64,000 bases of DNA from a virus, in the IMG/VR virus record IMGVR_UViG_3300024518_004461, positions 47,009 through 111,008 of that record, one strand, 5' to 3'. The stretch's first letter is position 1. Each line of letters opens with the position of its first letter. The notes below the pieces were generated by a model. The model worked only from the letters and a program-made list of their open reading frames with translations. It had not been told where the DNA came from and searched no databases. Positions 63,852 through 64,000 of this stretch are shown piece by piece. The position numbers were made by a program, and so were the translations under genes.

Positions 63852-64000
63852 GTATTATTTTTGACCCTGGTGTTTTTTTTTGTGTAAACAAAGTTAGTTC
63901 ACTCAAGTCCGCGTGATAATGCATGTTATCTAAAAGCCTTACCAATGCGATGCTTTTTCTTATCTCCACCACTTGACCGATCCACGGTTGATCTCTAATG

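Noticed and set aside
1-64000. Alternative genetic code (stop-codon reassignment)
   Set aside because: Conserved enzymes are full length in the standard code, and TAA, TAG and TGA all terminate genes.

Overview
This window is an AT-rich segment of a very large lytic tailed phage (myovirus-like). Almost every gene lies on the minus strand. From left to right it contains: (1) a baseplate/lysin block and a T4 gp55-like late sigma factor (1-7.9 kb); (2) a ~22 kb glycan synthesis and modification island with rmlBCD, neuA/neuB-like genes, cysC plus a sulfotransferase, many glycosyltransferases, methyltransferases, WbqC and DegT; (3) a nuclease, PhoH and a serine protease; (4) an RNA locus holding a tmRNA, tRNA-Gly(TCC) and an unassigned structured RNA; (5) head/tail-associated genes preceded by an ACTATTTA motif; (6) a DnaQ exonuclease, a DNA methyltransferase and an outer-membrane beta-barrel; (7) a complete glyoxylate shunt (aceB-aceA); (8) a tandem array of about 23 paralogous SH3/KOW-like microproteins; (9) DUF2201/VWA and DUF262 genes. 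The most striking observation is the tmRNA (35358-35885, minus strand, 528 nt, tag ANDNVALTLAA). Its tRNA-like domain, helix 2, pk1, tag and pk2 are intact. However, the pk3/pk4 region is replaced by a complete transcription unit: a consensus sigma70 promoter inside an inverted repeat, a strong SD and a 69-aa protein gene. An orphan second tmRNA 3' end lies about 480 bp downstream. All family assignments come from motif recognition by eye; no database searches were run.
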